DNA of 41,121 bases from an uncultured Pseudomonadota bacterium (lineage in GTDB: Bacteria > Myxococcota_A > UBA796 > UBA2385): positions 1-41,121 of the forward strand of contig CAJWOS010000003.1 in assembly GCA_913044235.1 (NCBI GenBank), read 5' to 3'. The position numbers were made by a program, and so were the translations under genes. The notes under the pieces are model-generated. The model saw nothing but the letters and a program-made list of their open reading frames with translations, made no database searches and was not told the origin of the DNA. This document shows, piece by piece, positions 18,279-27,514 of this stretch (position 1 is its first letter; the number at the start of each line of letters is the position of its first letter).

Positions 18279-19915
18279 AGGTGCCGCGACGACGGTTTCT
18301 TGGGGGGGCTCTGTCGGGCGGTGTGATGGCCGGACTGGATGCGTCCTGCAGTCGACCGCCAGACCATACGCTCGAAGGGCAGATCCTGGGGCGGCACCGA
18401 GCGGAGCGGGGCCATCGACTGTGGGCCCCGGCTGGGGGCGGCTGGTCGGATCGCCCACCGAAGACGCGGGCGCAGGTGGTGGTGGTCGGGGGAGGGGTGG
18501 CCGGTCTGGGGGCTTGTTGGCGTCTTCTCAAGCGCGGGGTTCGCGACATTGTGCTGCTTGAGCTCGATGACCAACTGGGCGGTACCGCGCAAGCCGGCGT
18601 GTCCGACGTGACCGTGACGAAGGGGCAGCGCTACGCCCTCGGGGCGCACTATCTCACCCTCCCAAACGCGGAGAACGCACCCACTCGGGAACTCCTCGCT
18701 GAGCTCGGCGTGATCGAGGGCTTCGACCCGGCTTCTGGGCGGCCTCGGTATGCGCCGGGTCACCTCTGCCTCGCTCCGCAGGAGCGACTGCATGTGGCAG
18801 GCGAGTGGGTGGATGGCCTGTGGCCAGACAAGATTGCGAGTCGCGAAGACCGTGCCCAGAAGCGTGCGTGGGAAGCGCTGGTGGAGCACTGGACGGCAAA
18901 GGTGGGCTCCGATGGGCGGCCGGCGTTTTCGATTCCCGTGGCCTTTGCCTCACACGACCCGGCCATTCGCGCGCTCGCCGATCGATCATTCGCCGACTGG
19001 ATCGACGAGCAGGGCTTTTCGAGTCCACTCTTGCGGTGGCTTCTCGAATACGCCACACGCGACGACTACGGCACCTCACTCTCCGAGACCAGCGCCTGGG
19101 CCGGGCTGCACTATCACTGCGCCCGGCGTCCCGACCCCTTCGATGCACGGGATCTCGGCACCCATGTACTCACCTGGCCCGCGGGCAACGGCTGGCTGAT
19201 CGAGCGGCTGGAGGCCCTGGTCGAGGGAGCGGTTCGAGTGGAGCGCGGCAGCCTGGTTCGCGCTGTAGAGCCGGAAGAGGGCAGACTGCATGTGGAGCGA
19301 TTCGGAGACGGCAGTCAATACGAGATGCAGGCAGAGCAAATCATCCTGGCGGTACCGTCTGCGATTTCGAGTCGGCTGCTGTCGGAAGAGCGTGCGGTGC
19401 CCACGGCGGCGCCTTGGCGGGTGGCGGTGTTGCACTGCGACCGACCGTTGGAGAGTGTGGGAGCGACCCAGGCGTGGGACAATGTGCGCTACGGCACGCC
19501 CGACCTCGGCTACATCACCAATGCCCATCAGCAGGGTCGGTATGGGGGGCCGTCTGCCCTCACCTGGTATGAACCGCTCACTGGCGACTCGCCCGAGGGG
19601 CGTGCCGAGCTGCTCACTGCCAGCTGGGAGATGGAAGCCGACCGGGTGCTGTCGGCGCTCGCGCCTGCCCATCCCGACCTGCGGGCGCGGGTGCAACGGC
19701 TGGATGTCTGGCACTGGGGGCATGGCACCACCAGGCCCTCGGTGGGACTGCACTCTGGGGCGCTCTTGGCCGGTCTTGCAGAGCCTGTTGGACGGGTGCG
19801 TCGGGCGCACACCGATCTCTCGGGAATGAGCTTGTTCGAGGAAGCGCTCTGGCATGGAGTGCGGGTGGCCGACGAAGTGGCCGAGCTTCGGAATGCGTCA
19901 GCGGACGGAGGATGA
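18275..19915 (+). CDS. FAD-dependent oxidoreductase (amine oxidase-like) with twin-arginine signal
   Basis: RRRFLGG Tat motif (possible lipobox LDAS-C), VVVVGGGVAGL FAD motif, ELDDQLGG, LGAHY, WGHG and AHTDLSGMSLFEEA. ATGA overlap with speE. Confidence 0.88.
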   Translation: MKVPRRRFLGGALSGGVMAGLDASCSRPPDHTLEGQILGRHRAERGHRLWAPAGGGWSDRPPKTRAQVVVVGGGVAGLGACWRLLKRGVRDIVLLELDDQLGGTAQAGVSDVTVTKGQRYALGAHYLTLPNAENAPTRELLAELGVIEGFDPASGRPRYAPGHLCLAPQERLHVAGEWVDGLWPDKIASREDRAQKRAWEALVEHWTAKVGSDGRPAFSIPVAFASHDPAIRALADRSFADWIDEQGFSSPLLRWLLEYATRDDYGTSLSETSAWAGLHYHCARRPDPFDARDLGTHVLTWPAGNGWLIERLEALVEGAVRVERGSLVRAVEPEEGRLHVERFGDGSQYEMQAEQIILAVPSAISSRLLSEERAVPTAAPWRVAVLHCDRPLESVGATQAWDNVRYGTPDLGYITNAHQQGRYGGPSALTWYEPLTGDSPEGRAELLTASWEMEADRVLSALAPAHPDLRARVQRLDVWHWGHGTTRPSVGLHSGALLAGLAEPVGRVRRAHTDLSGMSLFEEALWHGVRVADEVAELRNASADGG

Positions 19916-20257
19916 CCTCGTGGCTTCGGGGTCCGCAGAGGGAATGATGCTTCTGCACGTGCGAGCCATCCCGTTCTGCAGTGTGGGGTCACAAAACCCG
20001 GCGGGCGGTCCTGTTGTCGCCGAGCCCCTTCCGCAACGGCGTCGGGTTCTCGCTGTGTGCGCACGGTGTGGCGCACACGGCAGCGGGCTCTAGGTGGCTC
20101 GGGGCCGTGATGGTGGCAGTGTGTGGGTTTCGGGCCGGTTGTTCGACTGGGGGGCCTCTGCGCCCGAAAATCCATAGACTCACAGGCGTGCGACAGGGGG
20201 TAGGCTGGAGAGGTGCTTCATCGGAAGTACGAGAGTCCCTGCGAGTCGTTGGTGCGC

Positions 20258-21400
20258 GTGAACACAGCCCCATCGTGTCTGTCCGAGTCCTCGGGTTCTC
20301 CCTGGCTGTTTTCGCGTCGTCTCGATGTGGGGTTGCTGGTGGTGCCTGCAGGATTGGCGGTGGGCATCGCAGTCCTTCTTCCGCCCGACCTGCAGCTTCC
20401 GCCAGGGGCGTGGCTGCTCGTGGTGCTCGGCATCGACGTGGCGCATGTCTACGGGTCGCTGTGGCGAACCTATGCGCATCCGGGCGAAGTCTTCCGTCGG
20501 CCGGGCCTGTACCTGGGGATGCCGCTCGGTGTCTGGCTGGGACTGGTGGGACTCGCGGCCGCCCTTCCCGGTTGGTTCTGGACGGTCATGGCCTATCTTG
20601 CGGTCTACCACTTCATTCGGCAGCAAGCAGGCATCGCCTCGCTGTATCGACTGCGCGAGGGGCTCTCGAATCGGTCGCGGGCGGCACGGGTAGAGCGCTG
20701 GGCACACTTTGCGCTCAGCGGCTGGCCGGTGTTGTGGTGGCATACCCATCTGCCACAACCGTTCACTTGGTTCACAGACTCCGACTTCATCCCAGGGCTG
20801 CCTCCGTGGGTGACATGGGCCCTTCTTCCGGTGGCGGTAGGGGTGGTGGGGCTGCACCTGTACTACAGGGCTCGGTCTGGTCGCTGGAGTCCGGGACGGG
20901 ATCTGTGGCTGTTGGTCACGGCGTTGGTGTGGGGGCTGGGCATCGTTGGGGTGCATGGAGACGCCGCCTTTTCCCTACCGAATGTGGTGCACCACGGAGT
21001 TCCCTACTTGGCGCTCGTGTGGTGGACCGGGAGACAGATGCAGCGCCGAGGGGTGCAGACCGCGCTGGGAGGCCTTCCCTTCACCCGTCGGGGGCTGGCT
21101 GTGTTCGGTGTGCCGCTATTGTTGATGGCCTTTGCCGAAGAATGGATGTGGGACCGGCTGCTGTGGTTTGACCATCCCACCTTGTTCGGTTCTTGGGGGA
21201 TTGAGCTCGGACCGGCCGCGACCGCGATGGTGCTCGGCACCTTGAGTGTTCCGCAGGTGGTGCACTACCTGCTCGACGGGCACATCTGGAAGATGGACGG
21301 GTCGAACCCGGGCCTTCGGGAGGCGTGGGCCGGGAGCGCGGGGGGCGGTGTGCGGGAGCGACTGCGTGGGGAAGCGATGGGACAGACGGAGCCGAAGTAG
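20258..21400 (+). CDS. Multi-pass membrane protein with four spaced His motifs (possible metalloenzyme)
   Basis: About 9 TM helices; motifs DVAHVYGSLWRTY, YHFIRQQAG, VHHGVPY and HYLLDGHIWK. Start is uncertain (20213-20258). Confidence 0.8.
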   Translation: MNTAPSCLSESSGSPWLFSRRLDVGLLVVPAGLAVGIAVLLPPDLQLPPGAWLLVVLGIDVAHVYGSLWRTYAHPGEVFRRPGLYLGMPLGVWLGLVGLAAALPGWFWTVMAYLAVYHFIRQQAGIASLYRLREGLSNRSRAARVERWAHFALSGWPVLWWHTHLPQPFTWFTDSDFIPGLPPWVTWALLPVAVGVVGLHLYYRARSGRWSPGRDLWLLVTALVWGLGIVGVHGDAAFSLPNVVHHGVPYLALVWWTGRQMQRRGVQTALGGLPFTRRGLAVFGVPLLLMAFAEEWMWDRLLWFDHPTLFGSWGIELGPAATAMVLGTLSVPQVVHYLLDGHIWKMDGSNPGLREAWAGSAGGGVRERLRGEAMGQTEPK

Positions 21401-21503
21401 GTGGTGGAGAGCGGCGGGGATCTACGCGCCGCTCACATCCGACCAGGCATCCGCGGTAGACTGCACGAGAACTGGTTGTGGAGTCGGCGGGTTGGCGACT
21501 TGG

Positions 21504-22382
21504 ATGGATACCGTCGACATGTTGCGGCTGCGCTCCTTGCGGCTGCTTGGCGCACGCAGTCGTCTGATCCAGACCAGCCTTGGAAGGCTCCACATCCTCG
21601 AGTGGCAGGGCACCGGACCGCGCCCGCCGATTGTGCTGATCCACGGCCTCGCATCCTGCGCGGTGGACTACGGGCCGCTGATGCGCTGGCTTCGACGGCG
21701 GCATTCCAAGCTCATCGCGCCGGACTTGCCGGGGCACGGCTATTCGAGCACGCCGAAGGTTCCGCTGACCGCAGACCGTATGACCACCGCCTTGCTGGAG
21801 ATGATGGATGCCGTGGTCGACGAACCGGTGATTGTGTTCGGCAACTCGCTCGGAGGCATCGCGGCGATTCGATATGCGCGCCTGCGGCCGGAGCACGTGC
21901 TGGCATTGATCCTGGCGTCGCCCGGAGGCGCTCCGATGGACTGGCCGGAGCTGCATACGCTCAAGCAGAGCTTCGACTTGTCTAGCGGGGATGCGGCGAT
22001 GGCCTTCACCCGAAGATTTCTGGGCGCGCCGCAAGCGGGGATGGCTTGGATGGCACGGGGGGTGCGGGTGCGCATGGGGCGGCCGGGTCCGAAGAGTCTC
22101 CTCGATAATGTCACGCCTGAGGTGTTGCTCCGCCCGAGCGAGGTGCGAGGCCTGCAGGCCCCCACACTGGTGATGTGGGGCGATCAAGACGAAGTGCTCC
22201 CCCGCACCAGTCGTCGCTTTTTCAGCACCAACCTGCCGCCGCATGGACGGTTTGAGGCGCTGCCCGGCTTTGGGCACTCTCCGTACCTCGACGACTTGAG
22301 CCACTTCGGCGACCGCATGCAGACTTTTGTGGACGGGGTGTTGAGGGCAGCGCCATCGCCCCGGACTGCCCATGGCGCCTGA
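21504..22382 (+). CDS. Alpha/beta-fold hydrolase
   Basis: LIHGL oxyanion motif, PDLPGHGYS, nucleophile GNSLGG, WGDQD and GHSPY. Start approximate. Confidence 0.9.
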   Translation: MDTVDMLRLRSLRLLGARSRLIQTSLGRLHILEWQGTGPRPPIVLIHGLASCAVDYGPLMRWLRRRHSKLIAPDLPGHGYSSTPKVPLTADRMTTALLEMMDAVVDEPVIVFGNSLGGIAAIRYARLRPEHVLALILASPGGAPMDWPELHTLKQSFDLSSGDAAMAFTRRFLGAPQAGMAWMARGVRVRMGRPGPKSLLDNVTPEVLLRPSEVRGLQAPTLVMWGDQDEVLPRTSRRFFSTNLPPHGRFEALPGFGHSPYLDDLSHFGDRMQTFVDGVLRAAPSPRTAHGA

Positions 22383-23568
22383 GTCTGCGCCGCGTGAGCT
22401 CTGGGCGAGGGGAGCGGAAGCACCCACCGAGCTGCCCGTCGATGACCTCTGGTCGGATGTCGTGCGCATCCATGCCATGGGCGAGCAGCCCGCCCAGGCT
22501 TTGTGCATTCGACACTGTGGCGAAGTGGTGCTCGATCGGGTTGTGGGAGCGGTGGATCCCGCAAAACCGCCGATCGGAGCCAACCGGGCCACCCCCGAGA
22601 CCCTCTTCAACCTGTTCAGTGCGTCGAAGATCCTCACGGCCGCGGTGGTGCAGGGCTTGGTGGAACGGGGTCGCCTCTCGCTCGACGAGCGGGTGGCCGA
22701 CACCCTCCCTGCGTTCGGACGCGGCATTCGGCAACACATTCGCCTCCATCACTTGTTGCACCACACGGCCGGCTGTCCAGACATGCCCTCCGATCTGGCG
22801 CCGGAGCAGGCGCTCTCCGACATCCCTGGCGTGGTGGCGCGACTCGCAGAAATGCCGCTGAAGACCGCACCGGGGACGGCCGTGGCCTACCATCCGATGT
22901 CGGCATGGGCGATCCTTTCAGAGGTGGTGCGCCACCGAACCGATCGAGACCTGCGCAGCCTTGCCCACGAACTCATCGAGGGGCCGATGGGGCTCGCCCA
23001 GTTCAACTATGGAGTCAGAGAGGTCGACCTGAAGCGCGTTGCCCTGCATGCCCCAGCTGGACTGCAGAACGTTCCAGTGATGGAAGGCATCTTTCGGCGC
23101 ACGGTGGGAGTGTCGTCGGCTGAAGCGATCCGCTTGAGCAACACACCGGCATTTCTTCAGGCCGTTCTCCCGAGCGCCAATGTGGTGGCCACTGCGCGAG
23201 ACACGTCGGCATTCCTTCAGATGCTCCTCGATGGAGGGCGCTGGCGCGGAACGCAGCTGCTCGCGGCTCCCACGGTGGCACGCATGCTCGAAGACGAGAC
23301 GCCCCGAGCCTTCGATGGCACCTTCGGGTTTCCCATGCGGTACGGCCTCGGACTCATGAAGGGCGGTCGCCGCTTCAGTCTCTTCGGTCCGCGAACGCGG
23401 CGGGCATTTGGACACCTGGGCTTCTCGAACGTTCTGGTCTACGCCGATCCCGACCGCCAGCTCGTGATGGTCCTGCTCAACACCGGCAAGCCTCTCCTGG
23501 CTTGGAGCATGGTGCCTTGGGCGGTCCTCGTGCAGAAGATTGCGCTTGTGGTTCCACGCGGGCGCTGA
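22372..23568 (+). CDS. Serine hydrolase, beta-lactamase/esterase (EstA/LipE-like) family
   Basis: FSASK (SxxK), LLHHTAG, PGTAVAYH and AFGHLGF. Overlaps the upstream hydrolase by 11 nt. Confidence 0.9.
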   Translation: MAPESAPRELWARGAEAPTELPVDDLWSDVVRIHAMGEQPAQALCIRHCGEVVLDRVVGAVDPAKPPIGANRATPETLFNLFSASKILTAAVVQGLVERGRLSLDERVADTLPAFGRGIRQHIRLHHLLHHTAGCPDMPSDLAPEQALSDIPGVVARLAEMPLKTAPGTAVAYHPMSAWAILSEVVRHRTDRDLRSLAHELIEGPMGLAQFNYGVREVDLKRVALHAPAGLQNVPVMEGIFRRTVGVSSAEAIRLSNTPAFLQAVLPSANVVATARDTSAFLQMLLDGGRWRGTQLLAAPTVARMLEDETPRAFDGTFGFPMRYGLGLMKGGRRFSLFGPRTRRAFGHLGFSNVLVYADPDRQLVMVLLNTGKPLLAWSMVPWAVLVQKIALVVPRGR

Positions 23569-23705
23569 CCGCGGAAGCAACGCCGGGTGCCGCCGCGACC
23601 GGGCGGCGGTCCCAGGCAGGAGTGGGCATCAGAACGCTATAGGTGACAGTGGTGGCCCCGATCTCTGGAGAGACCCGATAGAGGGCGGCGGAATCGGGAG
23701 CAGTC

Positions 23706-25844
23706 GTGACATCTGTCGGTGCAGTGGCGTGGTTGATGGTAGCCGGGGCGATGGCCCAGCCGGTTGAGGTGCACCTGTGGCATGCCTATCGGGGAGAAGA
23801 GCGTACGGCGCTCGAGACCGCTATTGAGGCGTGGGACGAAGCCGAGGTCGACGTGTCGGTCCAGGTCCTGGCCCTGCCCCCGGAGGGCTTCTCCACCAAG
23901 TTCGAGGCCGCAGCACCGCGAGGCAACGGTCCTGATCTCCTCATCGCCGCACACGAGCGGGTGGGAGCATGGTCGTCGACCGGATTGCTGGCAGGCTTCG
24001 AGGCACCGCCATCGGGACTGCACCCTACAGCGCTGGAAGCGCTCACCTACAACGACACGCTCTACGGGTTGCCGCTCGCCACCAAGTCGCTGGTGCTGTT
24101 CTACAACCGCGACCTTGTGGCCGCGCCGCCCACCACCACCGATGAGATTGCGGCGCTTGCAGGCGACCTTCCACAAGGCGTGTACCCGATGGCCGTTGCG
24201 GCCACCGAGCCGTTCTTCCATGCGCCCTGGATGCACGGCTTTGGGGGAGGCGTGTTCAACGATACCGGGGACGTGGCGCTCGACCAACCGCAAAATGCGG
24301 CCGCACTGACCTGGGTGAAGGCGCGCATCGACGATGGCACCATTCCCGACGAAGCCACCGGCGTGCTCGTCACCCAACTCTTCAACGAGGGGAGGGCGGC
24401 GCTCGCGATCAACGGTCCCTGGTTTCTTGGAGAGATCAGTGATCAGCTGAACTTTGGGGTGGCGCCCTTGCCTCAGGTTGCCGCAACGGGCAAGGCGGCG
24501 GCCCCTTTTCTCACCGTTGAAGGCATCCTGCTCAGCGGGCATGCGCGTCAGCCGGAGCCGGCACGTCGGCTTGCTGCGCACCTTGTGTCGGAGGAAGTGT
24601 CGGTGCTTCGGGGCCGTGAGGGTCGTCAGTCCGTGGCCACGCTCGCAGCGCTCGAGCATCCCGACATCGCCAACGACCCGATCCTCGGGGCGTTCCGCGC
24701 CCAGCTCGACGACACCGTGCCCACCCCAAACGTGCCGGCAATGAGCTCCACATGGGAGCCCCAGGCCCGGGCCCTCCGACGGGTGTTGCGGGGGGCGCAG
24801 TCGCCCGATGATGCGGTGCGCGCGGCGCAGCAAGAGTTCGCCATTGTCACGGCACCACCGCCGCCGCCTGCGAACCCACTGCCCTACTTGGCCCTGGCGG
24901 GGCTGTTGGCGATAGCAGGGGTCACCTTGCTCGCACGGCGCATCTGGAACGCCCGCTCCGAGATCGCCCAGCATCGCACCGCCTATGCCTATGTGGCCCC
25001 GGCGTTCCTCGGGATGGCCTTGTTGGTCGTGGCGCCCTTCGCGGTGGGGGCTGGAATGAGCTTGTTCTCGTACCAGCACAACGAGAGCACGTTTGTGGGA
25101 TTGGCCAACTTCGCCAACATCCTGCTCGCTCGCGACTGGCCGGTATTTTCGCCCTTGTCCTTCTACACCACGCTTGCGGTCACGATCTTGTGGACCGCAG
25201 CGAACGTCACCCTGCACGTGGGGATTGGTGTGGCGCTCGCCATGCTGCTGCGAGAGCCATGGCTCAAGCTACGGGGCGTCTATCGAGTGCTGTTGATTCT
25301 TCCGTGGGCCATTCCAAACTACATCACGGCGCTCATCTGGAAGGGGATGTTCCAGAAGCAGTTCGGGGCGATCAATGCCATCCTGGGCTTGTTCGGCGTC
25401 GAGCCTGTGAGCTGGTTTTCCCAGTTCACCACCGCTTTTGCGGCCAACCTCGCCACCAACACCTGGCTCGGCTTTCCGTTCATGATGGTGGTCACACTGG
25501 GCGCCCTCCAGGCGATTCCCCGCGACCTCGAGCAGGCGGCCGAAGTCGACGGCGCCTCAGGCTGGCAGCGCTTTCGGCACGTCACGCTGCCCTTGCTCAT
25601 GCCGGCCTTGCTTCCGGCGGTGGTGCTGGGCAGTGTGTGGACCTTCAACATGATCAACATCATCTACCTGGTGAGTGGCGGAGAGCCCGACGGCTGGAGT
25701 GAGATCTTGATCAGTGAGGCCTATCGCTGGGCCTTCGACCGGAACCATCGGTACGGATACGCCGCAGCGTACGCGGTCCTCGTCTTCGGCGTGCTTCTCG
25801 TGTATTCTCGTGCCACGGACCGGTGGTTGACGGGCAAGTCCTGA
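23706..25844 (+). CDS. Fused sugar ABC transporter solute-binding protein (MalE/GanS-like) + permease (MalF-like)
   Basis: Signal peptide; LWHAY, GPDL, YGLP....LFYN.DL, INGPW and PNVPAMS..W (maltodextrin SBP-like). Continues in frame into TM helices and the EAA loop PRDLEQAAEVDGASGWQRFRHVTLP. Confidence 0.92.
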   Translation: MTSVGAVAWLMVAGAMAQPVEVHLWHAYRGEERTALETAIEAWDEAEVDVSVQVLALPPEGFSTKFEAAAPRGNGPDLLIAAHERVGAWSSTGLLAGFEAPPSGLHPTALEALTYNDTLYGLPLATKSLVLFYNRDLVAAPPTTTDEIAALAGDLPQGVYPMAVAATEPFFHAPWMHGFGGGVFNDTGDVALDQPQNAAALTWVKARIDDGTIPDEATGVLVTQLFNEGRAALAINGPWFLGEISDQLNFGVAPLPQVAATGKAAAPFLTVEGILLSGHARQPEPARRLAAHLVSEEVSVLRGREGRQSVATLAALEHPDIANDPILGAFRAQLDDTVPTPNVPAMSSTWEPQARALRRVLRGAQSPDDAVRAAQQEFAIVTAPPPPPANPLPYLALAGLLAIAGVTLLARRIWNARSEIAQHRTAYAYVAPAFLGMALLVVAPFAVGAGMSLFSYQHNESTFVGLANFANILLARDWPVFSPLSFYTTLAVTILWTAANVTLHVGIGVALAMLLREPWLKLRGVYRVLLILPWAIPNYITALIWKGMFQKQFGAINAILGLFGVEPVSWFSQFTTAFAANLATNTWLGFPFMMVVTLGALQAIPRDLEQAAEVDGASGWQRFRHVTLPLLMPALLPAVVLGSVWTFNMINIIYLVSGGEPDGWSEILISEAYRWAFDRNHRYGYAAAYAVLVFGVLLVYSRATDRWLTGKS

Positions 25845-25873
25845 GGCAACCAATTCACTGGCAAGGAGCACAA

Positions 25874-26611
25874 ATGCGCGCGATGGCACTTGGACTGGGG
25901 TTGATGGCATTCGGCTGCACTTCGGGCCAGCTCGACGATGGCAAGGCATCTGGAGAGAGCAGCATCACCATTGACTCGGTCGAAGACGTGGAGGAGGCCT
26001 GTGCAGAAAATGAACCGGTCGCGGTCACCCTCGTGGTGGAGTTTCCAGCCCTGGAAGCGAACTGTCCCTTCGGCATCGACGACAACCTTGAGCAAGCGCA
26101 GGGTGTGATCACGGCACGGGTGGAGCAGACCGTGGCGTTGCCGCTGCCCGACGAGGTGGTGGTGTGTGGGCTTGAGTTCGACTTCCTCGGAATCAGCGGT
26201 GGTGAAGGCACGGAGATGTACTACGACGACAACTTCTTCTTCACGTTTGATGATGTGGTGCTGGCGGGATCCTACGGCCCCATGGTGGACGGCCTCGCTA
26301 CGGAAGGGTCGCTGCCCATCTACGACTGGGCCAATGTGGTGGGCACGGAGATTGAGTTCGACGACACGATTCCCCCCTTCTGCCTCGGGGAGGACGACGG
26401 CCAGTCGGACTGCACGATTCCCCCGCCCCAGACAGAGCAAGTCATGGCGCTCGAGTTCGATGAGCAGATCGTCAATGAGCTCTCGCTCCGGGCGGTGCAG
26501 TCCGAGCGGTTTGATTTCTCGTTCATCACCATGGGCGACAACGATCCCGAGCTGGACTGTGCCCACGATTTCTTCGGCTTCTCGGTAGAAGTGCCCTACG
26601 TACGTCTCTGA
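25874..26611 (+). CDS. Acidic Cys-containing lipoprotein, hypothetical
   Basis: AAGGAG RBS, MRAMALGLGLMAFG-C lipobox, very Asp/Glu-rich, six further Cys. Confidence 0.8.
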   Translation: MRAMALGLGLMAFGCTSGQLDDGKASGESSITIDSVEDVEEACAENEPVAVTLVVEFPALEANCPFGIDDNLEQAQGVITARVEQTVALPLPDEVVVCGLEFDFLGISGGEGTEMYYDDNFFFTFDDVVLAGSYGPMVDGLATEGSLPIYDWANVVGTEIEFDDTIPPFCLGEDDGQSDCTIPPPQTEQVMALEFDEQIVNELSLRAVQSERFDFSFITMGDNDPELDCAHDFFGFSVEVPYVRL

Positions 26612-26659
26612 GGGCGTGTCGCTCGGCGAAACCGCTTTGTGAGCGCGGCATCGGAACGC

Positions 26660-26689
26660 AAAACACCCCGGCGGTTGGGCCGGGGTGTT
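26660..26689 (-). terminator. Rho-independent terminator-like hairpin for the minus-strand gene at 26708..27400
   Basis: Perfect 11-bp inverted repeat AACACCCCGGC (26662-26672) / GCCGGGGTGTT (26679-26689) with a 6-nt loop. The AAAA at 26660-26663 reads as a short U-tract on the minus strand. It lies between convergent genes. Confidence 0.75.
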
Positions 26690-26707
26690 CGTGATGTGTG
26701 GGAGGCC

Positions 26708-27400
26708 TCAGATGGGCGGCCACTTGCCGCCAAATGTCGTGACCATCAGCCGCAGATCCTTGTTGAGGTTCTTGGTGACCTTGGTGGCACGCTTGGGGAT
26801 CTGCACCGCGGCCTTGATGTTGTCTTTCACCACCCCGAGGTTTCGCGCGATGGCAATGGCCTGAGTGGGGTTGGACAGCAGGTCGCTCTTGAGCTGGGCG
26901 GGCATCTTCTGTGCCTGCTTCACGAGCTTGTTGGCTTGCTTGGGCACCTTGGCGAGCGAAGCGACGGACTCGGCGTAGCTCTGGATGGCGGTGTTGGCGG
27001 CTTCCACGCCCGCTGCGATGTTGGGAGGCAGTGCGTCAGTGGCTTTCAGCTGCGGAGTGCCGCCTTGCATGGTCACTCGGACCTTGCCCTGGGCCTGACT
27101 GCGGAGGTGCTTCATGGCCGCGTTCATCGAGGTGCCCTTGCGGAGACCGAGGGCCGTGTTGATGTTCGCCGCTCCCTTCCGTCGAGACTTTTGTGCCTTT
27201 GTGACCAGCTTGTCGAGCTTCTTGAGTGGCTTGAAGACCTTGTCGAGTGACTTCACGCCGGTGAGCTGGACGTGGGCGACCTTCTTCTTTTTGGATTTCT
27301 TGGCATCGGCAACGCTCGGCACGCCAGCCATGGTCGCGGTCGCGAGGCCGGCGGATAAAGCCAGGGCGGTTCGGGTCCAGGATTGAGTCGTGGAGTGCAT
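26708..27400 (-). CDS. Secreted, highly basic helical hypothetical protein
   Basis: GAGG RBS; signal peptide ending ADA, followed by KKSKKKK. About 32 Lys versus about 9 acidic residues (hand count). Confidence 0.85.
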   Translation of the reverse strand: MHSTTQSWTRTALALSAGLATATMAGVPSVADAKKSKKKKVAHVQLTGVKSLDKVFKPLKKLDKLVTKAQKSRRKGAANINTALGLRKGTSMNAAMKHLRSQAQGKVRVTMQGGTPQLKATDALPPNIAAGVEAANTAIQSYAESVASLAKVPKQANKLVKQAQKMPAQLKSDLLSNPTQAIAIARNLGVVKDNIKAAVQIPKRATKVTKNLNKDLRLMVTTFGGKWPPI

Positions 27401-27502
27401 GTTGGGTTCACCTCAGTAGGGTCTATAGATGTATCGCTTGGGGAGGGGTTTCCATTCGCGAGGATTCGCGGTGCGCCAATGTCGCTACAGGGCTGCGCGG
27501 GC

Positions 27503-27508
27503 TACGCT
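27503..27508 (+). promoter_or_regulatory. Possible -10 element (TACGCT) of a leaderless malG transcript
   Basis: TAnnnT hexamer 6 nt before ATG 27515, no Shine-Dalgarno, and the upstream gene is divergent. Confidence 0.35.
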
Positions 27509-27514
27509 CCGCAC

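Noticed and set aside
22372-23568. Antibiotic-resistance beta-lactamase
   Set aside because: It has no signal peptide, and its motifs (LLxHxxG, YH, FGHxG) fit the esterase branch of the fold.
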